This document shows, piece by piece, positions 13,487 to 28,456 of a DNA stretch of 64,000 bases (position 1 is its first letter; each line of letters begins with the position of its first letter). This stretch comes from the human T2T-CHM13v2.0 reference genome, Homo sapiens. The notes beneath the pieces are model-generated. The model was not told where the DNA came from, did not search any database, and worked only from the letters and a program-made list of their open reading frames with translations. The translations under genes and the position numbers were made by a program. The stretch is taken from NCBI RefSeq assembly GCF_009914755.1, contig NC_060941.1. The stretch is one strand, 5' to 3'.

Positions 13487-14644
13487 ACACCTTTAAGAGG
13501 CTTGAAAGAGAAGGTTCTGCCTTGTCCTGTGGTGAGCCTGCTTCTTCACGTCTGTCCCTTCGGAGATAACTGTTGTTTTGGAGCTTGCACCACAGGTGTT
13601 TTCTGCAGCTGGCCATTTTGCGTCTGTCTCTGGGCCTCTAGGGGACACTCTCACCCCCGATCTTTAGGAGCTCACCCCTCTGGGCCTGCGCCTCCCTCTC
13701 TCTGTTCCTGGGGGCTTGAATGTGGGTGAGAACTCAGGAGCCAGGCCATCTGCTGCTGAGCAGCCAGCCGTGCAAGCTTGGGCAACTTAGCACACCTCTC
13801 AACATGTGCACAGTGGGGAGAACCGGACCCACCTCCTAGGGTTGTTTTAAGGATATGTGAGGATCAAGGGAGCTCATCTGTGCAGAGCACTTAGAACAGT
13901 GCCTCTGGGCTCTGCAAGCGCTAGGCGTTACTGCCGTTTCTGGGCTGCGGCTCCAGGGGAGCACTTGATGTGTCCAGGCCGGCCCTGGGTGGGGGCTCCA
14001 CATCACCGTCCTTCCAAGGCAGCCATCATACCTGCCCTCTAACAGCCTGAAAGTTCACATGTGTCCTTAGGGAGCCTGGGCTCTGAAACCACAGAAGGCA
14101 GAATGGACGGCAGGACCTTTACTCACCTGCTTGTTCATTCAGCCGGTATTTGAGCTGGAGATGCCAACAAAGGAAGGTTAACCAACGCCAATCGGGCGAG
14201 GCAGGGGGAAGCTGCTAATGTGGCCTGTGTGTCTGGGGAGGGTCTCACTAGAGGGAGTGAGATTGACTGCAGCCTGAAGGAGGTGGCGGAGTGAGCAATG
14301 CAAATATCTGGGCCAGGGCTAGGGGGGCATCCCTGGTGCTTTAGGGGACCAGCAGGGAGGCGAGGTGGGCTGAGGCTGAGATGAGTCAGGCAGGGCCAGA
14401 TTGTCCAAGGCCCTGAAGGCAGTGGTAGAATGTAGCATTATTTTCAGGATAGTGGGAAGTCAATGGGAATGGCTAATCAGGCTGACCTTTTAACAAGATC
14501 ATTCTGGCTAGGAGTTGAGAAATAGACAATGGATGGGAAACGGGGGAGTGAAAGCAGGAAGGCTGGTGCGGAAGCTCTTGTAATAATTCAGGCACAACAA
14601 GACGGTGGTTTGTTGGGATCAGGTCTGCAGTAGTGGTCAGATTC

Positions 14645-14680
<36 letters not shown>

Positions 14681-14692
14681 CGTGTGTGTGTG
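14645..14692. repeat. (TG)n(CG)n(TG)n alternating purine-pyrimidine microsatellite
   Basis: Direct inspection. Confidence 0.95.
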
Positions 14693-15279
14693 TTTTGCCC
14701 TGTTCATGATATTTAAAATAAGTTTCCACTTTTATGAATAGACAATGCAGTCACGCAGTCTGCATTGCGTGGGATACCTAAATGATATCCCAAGATAGAT
14801 GTTGCGCAAGTCCTGCCCCTGCCCGTCGCCCTCCAGCCTATACCCTCCTGCCCTGTCAGTTTCCTGTCTTTCCAGTGTTTCTTTGTGAAAGCAAATGAAC
14901 GCCAGATTGGACTGAAGGGATGGCGGATGCCCTTGCTGGGGATGGGATCTGCCTGGGGAAAGGCAGTGGGAGTCAGGAAGCACTCCAAGCTTCCCGCCTG
15001 GACTGCAGGGTGAATGGGGTGCTGTTTCCTGAGACAGGAGCCCTAGGGAGAGCCCATGAGCTGCTGGCCTGAGTCCAGGACTACGGTGGAGCCCAGGGGA
15101 CCCCCTCCAGCAATCCTCTCTGTGCCGCCCCAGCAACAGCAGGACCCATGGAAGGCGCCTAATCACTCAGGGGAGGGAGTCCCAGTCCTGTGGGAGGTTC
15201 ACCCTGGAGTGAGTTGCTATCTAGCCCTGCAGCCCAAACAGCTCCCTTTGTGAGTTAAGTGCCCTGCCACTGCCCACAG

Positions 15280-16159
<880 letters not shown>

Positions 16160-18124
16160 TCAAGGAGTGAGGTCCGGATCACTAGCTTGAGGGGTGGGAG
16201 GGAGCAGCGGAGGGACGGAGGACCCCAGTGGCCAGAGCTGCCCTCGTCAGTGGCTGGTGCCTGCTCTCCTCACGTCTCTCTGCCTTGCTCAGGTGACGAG
16301 TCTCCCCAGGGCCCTGCACCCACCTGCAAGCATTTCAGACAGCGTCACGGGTGCCTGGAGGCTACCCCTAGACCTCGTTCTAAGCCTGCCCAGAGATGAC
16401 TAAGGGAGGCTCCTGCATCTCTCTGAAGGGGCAGGAGGCAGGCTCTGGATGCCGGCCACTCACCCTCTGGCTCAGGATAGCCCTGGTGGCAGTCTCCTTC
16501 CTTTCTGCTCATTTCATTTCAATACATCAAGTACCTCCTCTACATACCAGGCTCTTTGCTGGGTGGCAGATGCCCCCAAGCCTATCCTGGCAGGCCTGGG
16601 CAATCAGCACTGTATGCCAGGCGCTAGGCCCAGCCTTCACTTGCAGGGTTAACCCGCCCCGCTCTGGCCACCTGGATCCGTGAATGAATGGGAGAATGCG
16701 GCTGCTCTCCAGAGAACAGCATTCTCTCAACCGCTTCTTGTCGCGCCAGAGATGGCCTCCTCGAAGGTGTGCTGGCAGAGCTGGCCTGGCCCAGTGGGCA
16801 GCCCTGTGAGGCCGCAGGGGTGAGGAGCCGCCAGCCACACCACATGGCTCTCCTGGAACGGAGCCGCCTGAGCCCGGCCAAGCCGCCTCGAGCACCAGGG
16901 CTTGAGTCCATTGCAGGCACAAGGCAAAGAATTGCGACTTGAGGGAGGACCCGGAGGAAGGCAGGCTGGAGGGAGGGAGGGCGGGCAAAGGACAGCAGGG
17001 AAATGAAGGGGGCTGTGAAAGACCAGCACCAGATGAAAGTACCGAGATGTTCCGGACAGGCCTGATTTTCTTTATCTTCGGGGCTGGGACTGCCAAGAGG
17101 CCCCGGGGAAAGCCTGCAGGCTTCACTCCCACCAGAACCAGCACCATTTGAGGGACAGATTTCAATCCTTCCTTGGCCAGACAAGCAGGCGGGATGCCAG
17201 CGCTGGAGAAAGGGGAGGAGGAGGAGCGGTGGGCAGGCCTTTCCTGCTGGAGGTGGACACGCTGGGGGCGCTGAGGTTCAAGGCCACACAGTGAGGAGTG
17301 CAGAACCTTAACTGTCTCCTTGCATCGGCTGATGGCAGAGCTTTAGTTATAGCCATTTCAGGGAAATCCTGGTCAGTTAAGGTTTTCTAGTGCAGTTGGG
17401 ATTTTCGCCTATATTTCCAGGTGCCTCTAAGGTCCTATGGAGCGTCCAGGTTTCACAGCTGGGGGAGGGACATCTGGTTCCCGGTCATTTATGTCCCCGC
17501 TGGCTTATGCAGGGGTGTCCTGCCCTTCTGCATCTCCCTCAGGGACTTGGGGAACCTTGGATGGTGTCTTTCCTCATACTGGGGCTGCAGGGGGCTCAGA
17601 ACACTGCCTCTGACCCACTATTCCTCCATGACAATGATAATAACAAAATAGGTATTATTTACTATGTACACGCCCTGTTCTAACTGCTTAACACGTATTA
17701 ACTCACTTAATCTTCCCAATACAACATAAGGTAGGTGCTACTGTCCCCCTCTTACAGATGAGAAAGCTAAGGCACAAAGGTGAAGAACTTGCCATGCCAC
17801 CTCTCCTCCCTGCACTGGAAAACGTGTTGTGGGGTGGGCAACAGGGCTACAGAGAGCCCCTCGAGATCTTGTAGTCAGGCCTGGGGACTAAAGAACTTTG
17901 TCCCAACCTCTCATCTCTGGAGAGTTTTAGGGCTATTTTGAGACTTGAGGGCTAAGAATGACCTCTTTCCTTCTGAGCCTCCACGGCCTCCCTTCCCAAA
18001 GCAGTGGCGGAGGGACACCTGGGTCTCCTGGGCTGTGGGGTACAATGCATAGAAATAAAGTGGGGCTCGGTTGACGTATTAGACATTTATACCATTGGGG
18101 ATGCTTTATTTTATATTTTAGCAT

Positions 18125-18426
18125 TATTTATTTTTATTTTTTATTTTTCTGAGACGGAGTCTTGCTCTGTCACCCAGGCTGGAGTGCAGTGGCGCGATCT
18201 CAGCTCACTGCCTCCCGGGCTTCAGCGATTCTCCTGCGTCAGCCTCCTGAGTAGCTGAGACTACAGGCACCCTCCACCAGGCTTGGCTAATTATTTTTTT
18301 ATTTTTAGTAGAGACCAGGTTTGACCATGTTGGCCAGGCTGGTCATGAACTCCTGACCTCAAGTGATCCACCCACCTCGGCCTCCCAAAGTGCTAGGACT
18401 ATAGGCGTGAGCCACCGCACCTGGCC
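18125..18426 (-). mobile_element. AluS
   Basis: Reverse Alu. Confidence 0.92.
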
Positions 18427-18615
18427 TCATCACTGCCTTTTAATAAATGAGGCTGTCCTCTTGGAATCTCAAGCCATGAAAAGCCCCATATGGCAGGCAG
18501 ACTCCTGCCAGGAAATCAAATTGATAGTGTGGGTAGTCCCCAGCTCCTCAACGTCTACCCCACCCTGGACCTCATGGGAAGCATTCCTGGTTGGGTAAAT
18601 CCCTGAAACAGTTTT

Positions 18616-18927
<312 letters not shown>

Positions 18928-19281
18928 TCAAAAACCTGATTTTCTGATGTAAACCTGTGATGGTCTCCTCAGCTGCCTCAAACACTGTCACATCCTACTG
19001 TGGATTCAAGCTGTCAGGATGTTTACACGGCCACCTCAAATTCCATTCCGCTCTCTACAAAAACTTATTTTTAGACGTGCACTGTCCCTTCTTATACATT
19101 CCTCAGTACTGGATCCTGGACAAATCTTTAGTCAACCTTAAAGTTTAGTTCAAAAGGCTCATTTTCTCATAGAGTTTGAGGCCATTTTTGTGAGTGGAGG
19201 AACTTGAGGTTTTAGGAATTTTATTTAAATCATGGAGATATTTTCGACTCGAATGGCTCTTAACTTTGATCTTGGGTCTAG

Positions 19282-19608
<327 letters not shown>

Positions 19609-20209
19609 ACCTACTGGTTGGTTTTCAAGAGTTGCATCACTTTAACTGGAACATACGGAAGAGTGGGACCAGATTTTAAGGTGAGTCAAGCCTGGCCTTC
19701 CTAAAACCCTATTGACTCCTTAATTCAGCTCAGGGCACCCCTTTGCCGCAAAAATCTCATCCTTTGAGACCCCTAGGAGAGGGTGAGTCGGGGAAGCAGG
19801 GGCCTCTCCTAGTCTGAGAAGTCTTAAAGGCAGGGGGGAGAAGTGCCGCCTCCTCATTTCATCTTTCTCTCTCGTCCTCCTCTCTCTGCCCTTTCTCTGT
19901 CCCTCCCTCCATTTTTTAGAAAATCTATAGAGGCAATGAGCTTTAGCAAATTTATCCAGTTGTGTAAATATTGCCACAAAGCAGCTTTATAACACCTCAC
20001 TCACCCCCAATAGTCCCCTGGACCCTATTTGCAGTCAATCCCTGCTCCTTTCCCAGCCCCCAGCAACTACTGATCTGCTTGCTGTCTCTCTAGTTTTGCC
20101 TTTTCTAGAAATTGTGTAAAATGAATCATATACTATGTAGTGTTTGGTGTCTGGCTTTTCTCACTTAGCATAACATTTTTGCATGTACCGTAGTTTGTCC
20201 CCTCCATCT

Positions 20210-20820
20210 TTTATTATTATTATTATTATTTGTGACAGGGTCTTGTAGCCTTGTCTACAAGGCTGCAGTACAGTGGTGCGATCATGGCTCACTGCAACCT
20301 TGACCCCCTAGGCTCGTGCGATCCTCCTACCTCAGCCTCCCGAGTAGCTGGGCCCACGAGGGTATGCCACTACACATGGCAAATTTTTAAATTTTTTTTG
20401 TAGAGACAGGGTCTCGCTATGGCCCAGGCTGATTTCAAACTTCTGGGCTCAAGCAGTCTACCTGCCTTGGCCTCCCAAAGTGCTGAGCTTATAGGCATGA
20501 GCCACCATAACTGGCCCTTTTATTTTTATTTATTTATTTTTGAGGTGGAGTCTCGCTTTGTTGCCCAGGCTGGAGTGCAGTGGCGCGATCTCAGCTTACT
20601 GCAGGGGTTCAAGTGAATCTCATGCCTCAGCCTCCCAAGTAGCTGGGACTACAGATGTCCACCACCACGCCCAGCTAATTTTTTTTTTTTTTGGTATTTT
20701 TAGTAGAGACAGGGTTTTGCCACGTTGGCCAGGCTGGCCTCCAATTCCTGACCTCAAGTGATCCATCCTCCTCGGCTTCCCAAAGTGCTGGGATTACAGG
20801 TGTGAGCCACCATGTCCAGC
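20210..20820 (-). mobile_element. Two tandem reverse Alus (AluJ-like ~20210-20515; AluS ~20520-20820)
   Basis: Alu consensus matches. Confidence 0.88.
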
Positions 20821-21224
20821 TCTTTTATTGTTTTTTGGCTTAAAAAACAATTTTTTTAAAACAAAAAAACACACACACACACGTACTCAAACACACTCGC
20901 ACTCAAACACACTCGCACACACAATTTTCTCACTAACCCTCTGACCTTCCACCCCAAGTCCTGACTTGGTCTTTGGGCCCTAAGATGCAATCAGGAAAAA
21001 AAGTGTGGAGTCCACACCCCAGTTGGGTCCTAAGTGGGTACCTACAGGGGCAGCCACCATCCAGCCTGCCCCAGCCCATGGGGGCCCAGGATGTAGCATC
21101 CCCAGTGATGGTGGGAGCAAGGGAGAAGTAGAGGTGAGATGTGGGCTGTGACATGTGCTTCCCTCTCCCTCCAGCTTGAGACCCTTGGCCTCTGACCAAG
21201 GCAAGTGAAATAAACATGAACGAA

Positions 21225-21615
21225 GCTGGGAGAATAATGTCAGTTTACTGAATGAATACATGGCTCGAGTCCATTCAGGGTGGAGTGAGGCCTGGCAGGT
21301 GCCCTCAGCAGTGGGACCCCAGGCCACTGGACCTGGCAGGGCTTCTGGGCTAAGGGGGCAGCACCAGGCCAGCCTGCCAGGGGCTCCACAGTCCCACGCT
21401 GCTTGACCTGTGCTGTCTGGGACTAGACTGGTCGCTGTGGCTGCCCATAGATGCTCAAGCCAGACCCCAAAAGAGAGTGGCACAAGGTGAAAATCTAACT
21501 GTGAACGCTTTGGTTTCAGTTTCAGTAAAGAGGAGGAGGGAGGGAGGCACTTGGGGACGTAGAAAGAAGGGCTGGCGGGAGAGGTCTCCGCCGAGCTCCA
21601 CAGTTGGCTTCCTTG
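21225..21615 (-). other. MARCHF10: MARCHF10 3'UTR (end approximate)
   Basis: Downstream of TAG at 21616-21618; variant PAS AGTAAA at 21244-21249 (- strand). Confidence 0.65.
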
Positions 21616-21671
21616 CTAGACGACCTGGCTTTGAGAAATGCTGCCTTCATTTCCATCTCCCAACTCCGAAT
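21616..21671 (-). CDS. MARCHF10: MARCHF10 last coding exon (NSELGDGNEGSISQSQVV*)
   Basis: cttccag| acceptor; phase 1 matches previous exon; TAG stop; matches recalled C-terminus. Confidence 0.9.
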
Positions 21672-22280
21672 CTGGAAGGCAAGAAGGTGTTTCAGGCTGG
21701 AGGGCCGCAGCAGACCGTGGGTCTGTTACAGGGGGCACGGCACTGCTGCTTCATCTTCTCCCACCCCATCCCTGAGGCCCAGCCACCCACATGGCCACAG
21801 TGCCTGGAACCGTGTGGGGAACAGAGACCTGCAGTCTGGGGCCGGGGAATCCACAGACTGCCCCATTGGGGTTTCAGCCACACCAGCTTCCCCCAAAGAC
21901 AGCATCTTGGTCATCTCCACGTCCCCACATAGCCTGGTGCAGAACTTGTTTTCAGGCTGAATAGCTGCAGGGGCCATTGCTTCCTCTCAGGGTAAGGCCC
22001 CACTTGAACCCCCGCTTCCTAATTTGGCAGGGAAGGGGGAACGGACCCAGGTGTTTCAGGAGTCTTTCAGAAATCAATGGCTGGATGCAGAGGGACAAGT
22101 GATAGGACGGGGAAAGGGAGGGAGAGCAAGAGGCACTGGGACGCAGTGCAGTCCCAGTGGAGGAGGTGGAGTTGGTGGGGGTGGGTGGTCTCCTTTATTC
22201 TTCGGGGAAACTCTTGTCTCAATATGTTTCTTTCCCCCTTGGCTTGAGTGAATGCTCTCTGACAATTTAGAAACAGTTTA

Positions 22281-22701
<421 letters not shown>

Positions 22702-23689
22702 TCAGTTCTACCCAAGGAAGCCCAAGCCCCTGAGCTGCCCCCATCCCCTCGTCCATCCTGCGCTTTCTCCAAAAGCCAGTAGCCTTGACTGGGTGTTTGG
22801 GGAGGTGCTCTGGCCCAGCCTTTGGCCAAGGGCCCTCACACCCGCCCCTGTTCCTGCCCCTGTCCTCATCTGTTTGCATATCTGCAGGAGGTATTGCCCC
22901 CACTACCGACCCACCACCCCTTGTCTTGGTGACACTGGGAAGTTATTTGTGCCACTGGGAAGCAGCTGTCCTGGTGCTGGTTCCTGGGCACACCCAGGGA
23001 CTCTCCCCAGCTGCCCTAACCTCGGTTTCACTTGTGGCATTTGTGTGAGGCTTTGGTTCTCACGTGCAAGGGAGGGGGGCCTGGTCAGCAGGCTGGCATG
23101 GGCACCACAGAGTCACAAAGAGGCTGGCACCTCTCTGTGCTACCTGGTGTGCCCTGATGTTTTGCCTCTTTTCCTCCTGTGTACCTCAACCGAGCTAGGG
23201 CAGCAGGTCACAGCTGTGACTCACCTCCGGCAACCCATATTAACAAAGTGCTGCCAACCAGGCGAGTCATGCCAGGATGCCAGGGGACCAAGGGAGTGTG
23301 GCCTATGGGGGAGGCTGGGTGCCCATGGCTCTGCCAATGGCTACCCTGGCTCTTGTCTTGAGAACGGCTCTGGCGGGAAGCCAGGCCAAGGCTGCGACTG
23401 GTCAGCACCCCAGGATGGTCCCTCTGTGCTGGGTTCTCCTCGGCCTCGGCTGTGCCCACCCGTGTCTGGGGTGTGTGCTGAGCTGGGGGCAGGTGGAGAT
23501 GGCCTGGGCCTCCAGGGGAGAACTGGCTGTCTCCACCTTGGGGCCGAGAGCGGCAGGGGAGGGTTGGTGATGGGGTGGATCCTCCAGCGGGTCCCAGTTC
23601 CCGGAGGAAGGATGACAAATGAGTGTGGGTCGCTCCCTCTGTGGGACCATTTGCCTCGGAGCAGCAGGGAAGGGCGGCAGGTTCCCTGC

Positions 23690-24560
23690 CTCCCGTGGCG
23701 ACTCTTTTCGGAGCACCACCCTAGGGATGTTCTTCTGCCCTCCGGAGACGTCGGTCTTCCCTGGGGCCGGGGCTCAAGGCCAGGGTGCCCCAAGCCCAGG
23801 CTCCAGGGTGTGCGGGGAAAGGCTCGGTCCTGCTCGGCGCGGCTCGCCCTGGGCACTAGGGGTCGCCCCTGCCCAGCGGAAGCCACGCGGGCGCGCCCGG
23901 TCGCCGCAGGTTTCCCCGGACCGGGAAAAGCGAGGCGTCTCCGGGGCGGGGCTGGGGAGGGGGCGCCTGGGCGCGGCGCCGGGACCCTGCTGCCCTGTCC
24001 TCCCGGCCGCGGCTGGACGGAGCGCGGGGCCGCAGCAACCAGGCCGGGCTCCCCGTCGCGCCCCTTCCGGAGCGGGAGGCCCTCGCCGAGGCGGAGGCTG
24101 GGACGCGCGGGGCGGGCGGCGGCGGGGAGCCGCGGGGCCGAGGCGCAGGGCGTTTTCCCCGGAGGTGCGGCGTGCGCCCGCGACACAAAGGTCTTTTAAA
24201 GACCTCGCAGCGCCCTTCCCGGCTGCGGAGGCTGGAGGCCCGGGGGGGCGAGGCCGGGGTCGGGGGTGGCCGCGCGAGGGGGCGCTGGGATCGGCCAGAC
24301 CCCGCGGTTGCGCCCGGGCTGGGGCTCCCGGGCTCCTTTTGTGGAAAAGAGCGGAAAGCAGGGCCCTCTCCGGGTCTCTGAAAATGGTCAGTTCGGCTTC
24401 GCAGGGCTGCGTGCCCGGAATAATAAATTGGCTTCTCTAGGGTCGTAATCTGGGCCCCACCCCGAGCAGCTTTGAGCTGGTTCGCGCCTTCCAGGCAGGA
24501 CTACTGGGAGTTCTCAAAAGCACCCCCGCAGTCGGCTGTGTCAGGATCACCTGGGTCCGG
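23690..24560. promoter_or_regulatory. CpG island in last intron of MARCHF10
   Basis: Very high GC/CpG density at 23820-24490, GC boxes, no repeat origin evident. Confidence 0.85.
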
Positions 24561-25451
24561 TGTGAACACGATTCCAGGGCCCCACCCCATCGCCTGAAGC
24601 GGAATCTCTGGGCGGGGCCCAGGAAACCGAGTTTTTGGTGAGTTCCCGGGTGATTCTGATGGCAAAGCCCATGTGGGAGCCACTGTTCTAAGGGCTTTTG
24701 GACAGGCAGTTGTGAAATTTTCCCCCAGAAGAATCTCTGGGGACCCAGTTGTCACACACCGCTGGATTCACTGCGGTGTTGATTCTGCCTCCTGATGAAG
24801 TTCTTCCCGAGTCTGACTTCGAGCCCGCCTGCTTTATTAAGCACGTTTTTCTCCAGTCGTTTTTTTTTTTTTTTAATGGAAAAAGGAACAGGGAGAAGGC
24901 TTTTCTCGAACCTGTTTGCAGAGAGCCGTCTTGCCCGCTTTGAGGGCCCTTTCTTGGGAGACCTGTTTGCTTTGTTCAACCTCTGAATTCAGCAGACCCC
25001 AAATCCACCAAGGCCACTAGCTTGTGAGTGAATGTGGTCCCTTCAGGTAAGGGCCAGACAGCCCCTGCCAGGGCTTGGGGAGGGTTTTCCTAGAGGAATC
25101 CTGGCAGTAAAAAAACCAACCCCCAAACTCTCCAAGTGCTGGACGCTGGAGAATCCCAGCAAGGAAAAGGAACAAATCTTATCTCATGCCGGAAGATAAC
25201 CTCTTCCCTTTGTTGGCGCCTTTCCTTGCGTTCAGGATGAATTAAAATTCTTATCTGCTCTGCATCCAGTGAACTTGGCCTCGCCTTCCTGATTGTTTGC
25301 TGCGGCTGACTTTCCCAAGCTTTGCGGGGTTATTTTTGCCTCTGGGTGGTGGTCATTCCTTCCTTCCATGGCATTTGGTTCCACACAGTCACAGAAAAAG
25401 AGTAATTTAGCAAACACCCTCAAAATGGCAGGACTGGCCCCCAAAACCTAC

Positions 25452-25494
25452 TTTCATTTTCCTCTGTTCTGGGTTGTGGGTAATTTCTTGACAA
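25452..25494 (-). CDS. MARCHF10: MARCHF10 exon 10 (LSRNYPQPRTEENE)
   Basis: ttcttgtag| acceptor and |gtaggt donor on - strand; 43 nt; frame consistent. Confidence 0.92.
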
Positions 25495-27777
25495 CTACAA
25501 GAAAGAAGACAATGAGAAATGAATTGTTTTTTCCAATACGATTGTGAACAGATGTATAACCTCCTAGTCGCAGCAACGTTCTAGGAATCCCTTACACCAC
25601 TTTAAAGGGGCAGGAAAATGGGCAGAGGTGCTGAGGGCTGGGTGAGTGCTAAGCATTGGCAGGGCTCAGCCTCATCCTGACGAGAGCTGCAGCCATAACC
25701 TGGGTCACCTTTGCTGTCTCGGGCTTCTAAATTTGGCAGCGAGAACAGACTCGCTTCCTTTGAGCAATTGATCTGAATAGCAGAATCCCATTCTGATGGT
25801 CCGAATCACATTTACAGGCTGTGGGGGTGAAGGCCGTGCTAATTGGCCACTTGCCTCACCACTGGCTTTGAAACAATCGCTTGTATTCTCTGCGCGGCAG
25901 GAAGCAGCAGACCCATCAAGGCCCTGGGCTCACTCTTTGTTCTGACTTTATGGCATTTTATGCCACAATAAGAAACACTGTGTACTCCGTGGGAGCCCAT
26001 TGTGCCAGGCTGCAAGGATGTGGGCTCCGGTGCAGAGGGCCTGGTGCTCTTCCCCAGGAAGAAGAGGGGCTTTGTGACAGGCTGGGGGACAAAACAAGGG
26101 GTGCTGGACACTGTTACTGAGGCAACTGCCTGGCCAGTGTGGAGGCAGCTTTAGTCCCTGGGACCGTTTCTGTGCCCAAGGAGAGGGAGGGCAGGGGAAG
26201 GATGGAATTTCATCTAGAGTAGCAGGTCCTGGTTGCCTGGTAAATTATGCATCAGGACTGGGCTAGCCACTGCCTCCGTTTTCTCTGGGCTCCTGAGATA
26301 ACCTCCACCTGCCTCTAGATTCTGTGCCAGCTGATCGTTATCTATCTCATCAACTCTTGTTCCATCAGGAAACTGCATCTTGGTGAGTGGGAAGTTTTTG
26401 TGACTGTGGACCAAACCTGGGCTTCCCATATTTTGGGTTGATCTGGGCCTTGGAGGGAAGAGCTTTCGGTTTTGTAGAAATGATGTGGATAGGAACTGGG
26501 GTAGGCACAGTCCATCCAGTCTCACACGTGAATGAACCAACGGGGATTTGAGAATGGCTTCTAGATCGTACCTGCCCCTCCGGCCAGCCCCGGGGCTCCC
26601 TTCCCCTGCACCTAGCCTGAAGTTTTCCACCATTAACGGCACACCTGGGGCAGAAGACAGAGTAGGGTCCTTGCTCCAGGAGATCGTTGTAATAATCAGA
26701 TAGAGACAAGACCTGAGCTGGGAGGAAGCCAGGACACGGGGGATGGGGGACCAGGCCCTGACAAACGGAGTGCTCCGTGTGGGGGCTGAAAGGGAAGGAG
26801 GAGAGGGAAGGCAGGGCCATTTAGCTTCACCTCAAAGGTGGGGTAAAGTGAGGCTGGTGGGTCCTGTCTTCTCTGGAGATGCTCCCCGATGGGAGGAAAG
26901 GCCAGCTTCCTGCCGGCCACTTGCAGAAGCGAGCATCCAGTGCTTCCGCCAGCCTGTCCCTCACCCCAGACCCAGCCCTGTCCTTCCCATGTCTGATGCT
27001 CCCACACGGGCCCCCTTATTACCCCGTGCCATTGCAGCAGCCTCCCGGCTGGTTTCTTTCCCCTGCAATGTGGCTGCCCAAGTTCTCCTCCCAAAACCCA
27101 CATCTCCTGGCCTGCCAATCCCAGGCTGGAAACTGTTCCATGGCCTCCAGAGCCGCTCACAAACCCTTCCCGCCCCACTCCCTGCCTGCACCTTAGGCTC
27201 ATTCTCTGCCCTCCCTGGCCACACACCTCCCTGACTTTCCCCAAACATGCAGGTCTTTCCATGTCTCTGTGCGTTTCCATTTCCCTCTGCATGGAACACT
27301 CTTTCCCATCACACCTACCCTTGCCCATCTGCCAAACCCTCCAGGATTCTGGGTCAACATCATCCCCACGGTGGATCCATTGGTGAGAGCAATAATGAAG
27401 CAGGTTTGCCACCAGGCTCCCAAAGAAGTGGGAACACTGACTGCAAAGGGCACAATCTGATTGGATGAAAAGCGAGGCCTCAGAAGCATTGGCACGTGTC
27501 CGCGAAGAGCCTAGCTGGAGGTCTGTCCTAGAGGAGGGGCTGAAGGAGGGGCGAGAATGGCAGCGCTCCATTTCATCCGACTGCTCTGTGTTCCTCACAT
27601 CTGACCCAACCTTCCGTTACAACACAGGCACATTTGTGGATACTCTTGGTTACATGTGTGTTCTCTCCTTAGATTCTGAGTCTCTTCTAGGAAAGGAGTG
27701 TCTTAATCATCTTTGTATTCCCAGAAGCTAGTTTAGAGGCTAGTATGTAGTAGGTTCGCAGAAAATCTTTGAATAGC

Positions 27778-28022
27778 GGCTGAGGTGGGAAGATTTCTTG
27801 AGACTAGGAATTCAAGACCAGCCTGGGTAAACTAGCAAGACCCCCATCTCTACAAAAAATAAAAAATTAGCCAGGTGTAGTGGTGGATGCATCCCAGCTC
27901 CTCAGGAGGCTGAGGTGGGAGGATCACTTGAGCCCAGGCATTCAAAGCTGCAATGAGCTGTCATCCCGCCAGTGCACTCCAGCCTGGGCAACAGAGTGAG
28001 ACCCTGTCTCAAAAAGAGAAAG
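27778..28022 (+). mobile_element. AluJ-like, 5' truncated
   Basis: Alu match. Confidence 0.85.
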
Positions 28023-28033
28023 AAAATCTTTGA

Positions 28034-28456
<423 letters not shown>

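Larger units (their letters stand above)
12367..13505 (+). other. MRC2: MRC2 3'UTR (end approximate)
   Basis: Between stop codon and AATAAA at 13481; GT/T-rich sequence downstream. Confidence 0.85.

Noticed and set aside
22793-24199. 468-aa + strand ORF (and the overlapping 281/273-aa ORFs)
   Set aside because: Non-ATG start, G/P/R/A-rich with no domain, and open in several frames: the expected stop-codon depletion of a GC-rich CpG island
26696-27598. 300-aa - strand intronic ORF
   Set aside because: No recognisable homology or splice context and a non-ATG start; likely chance
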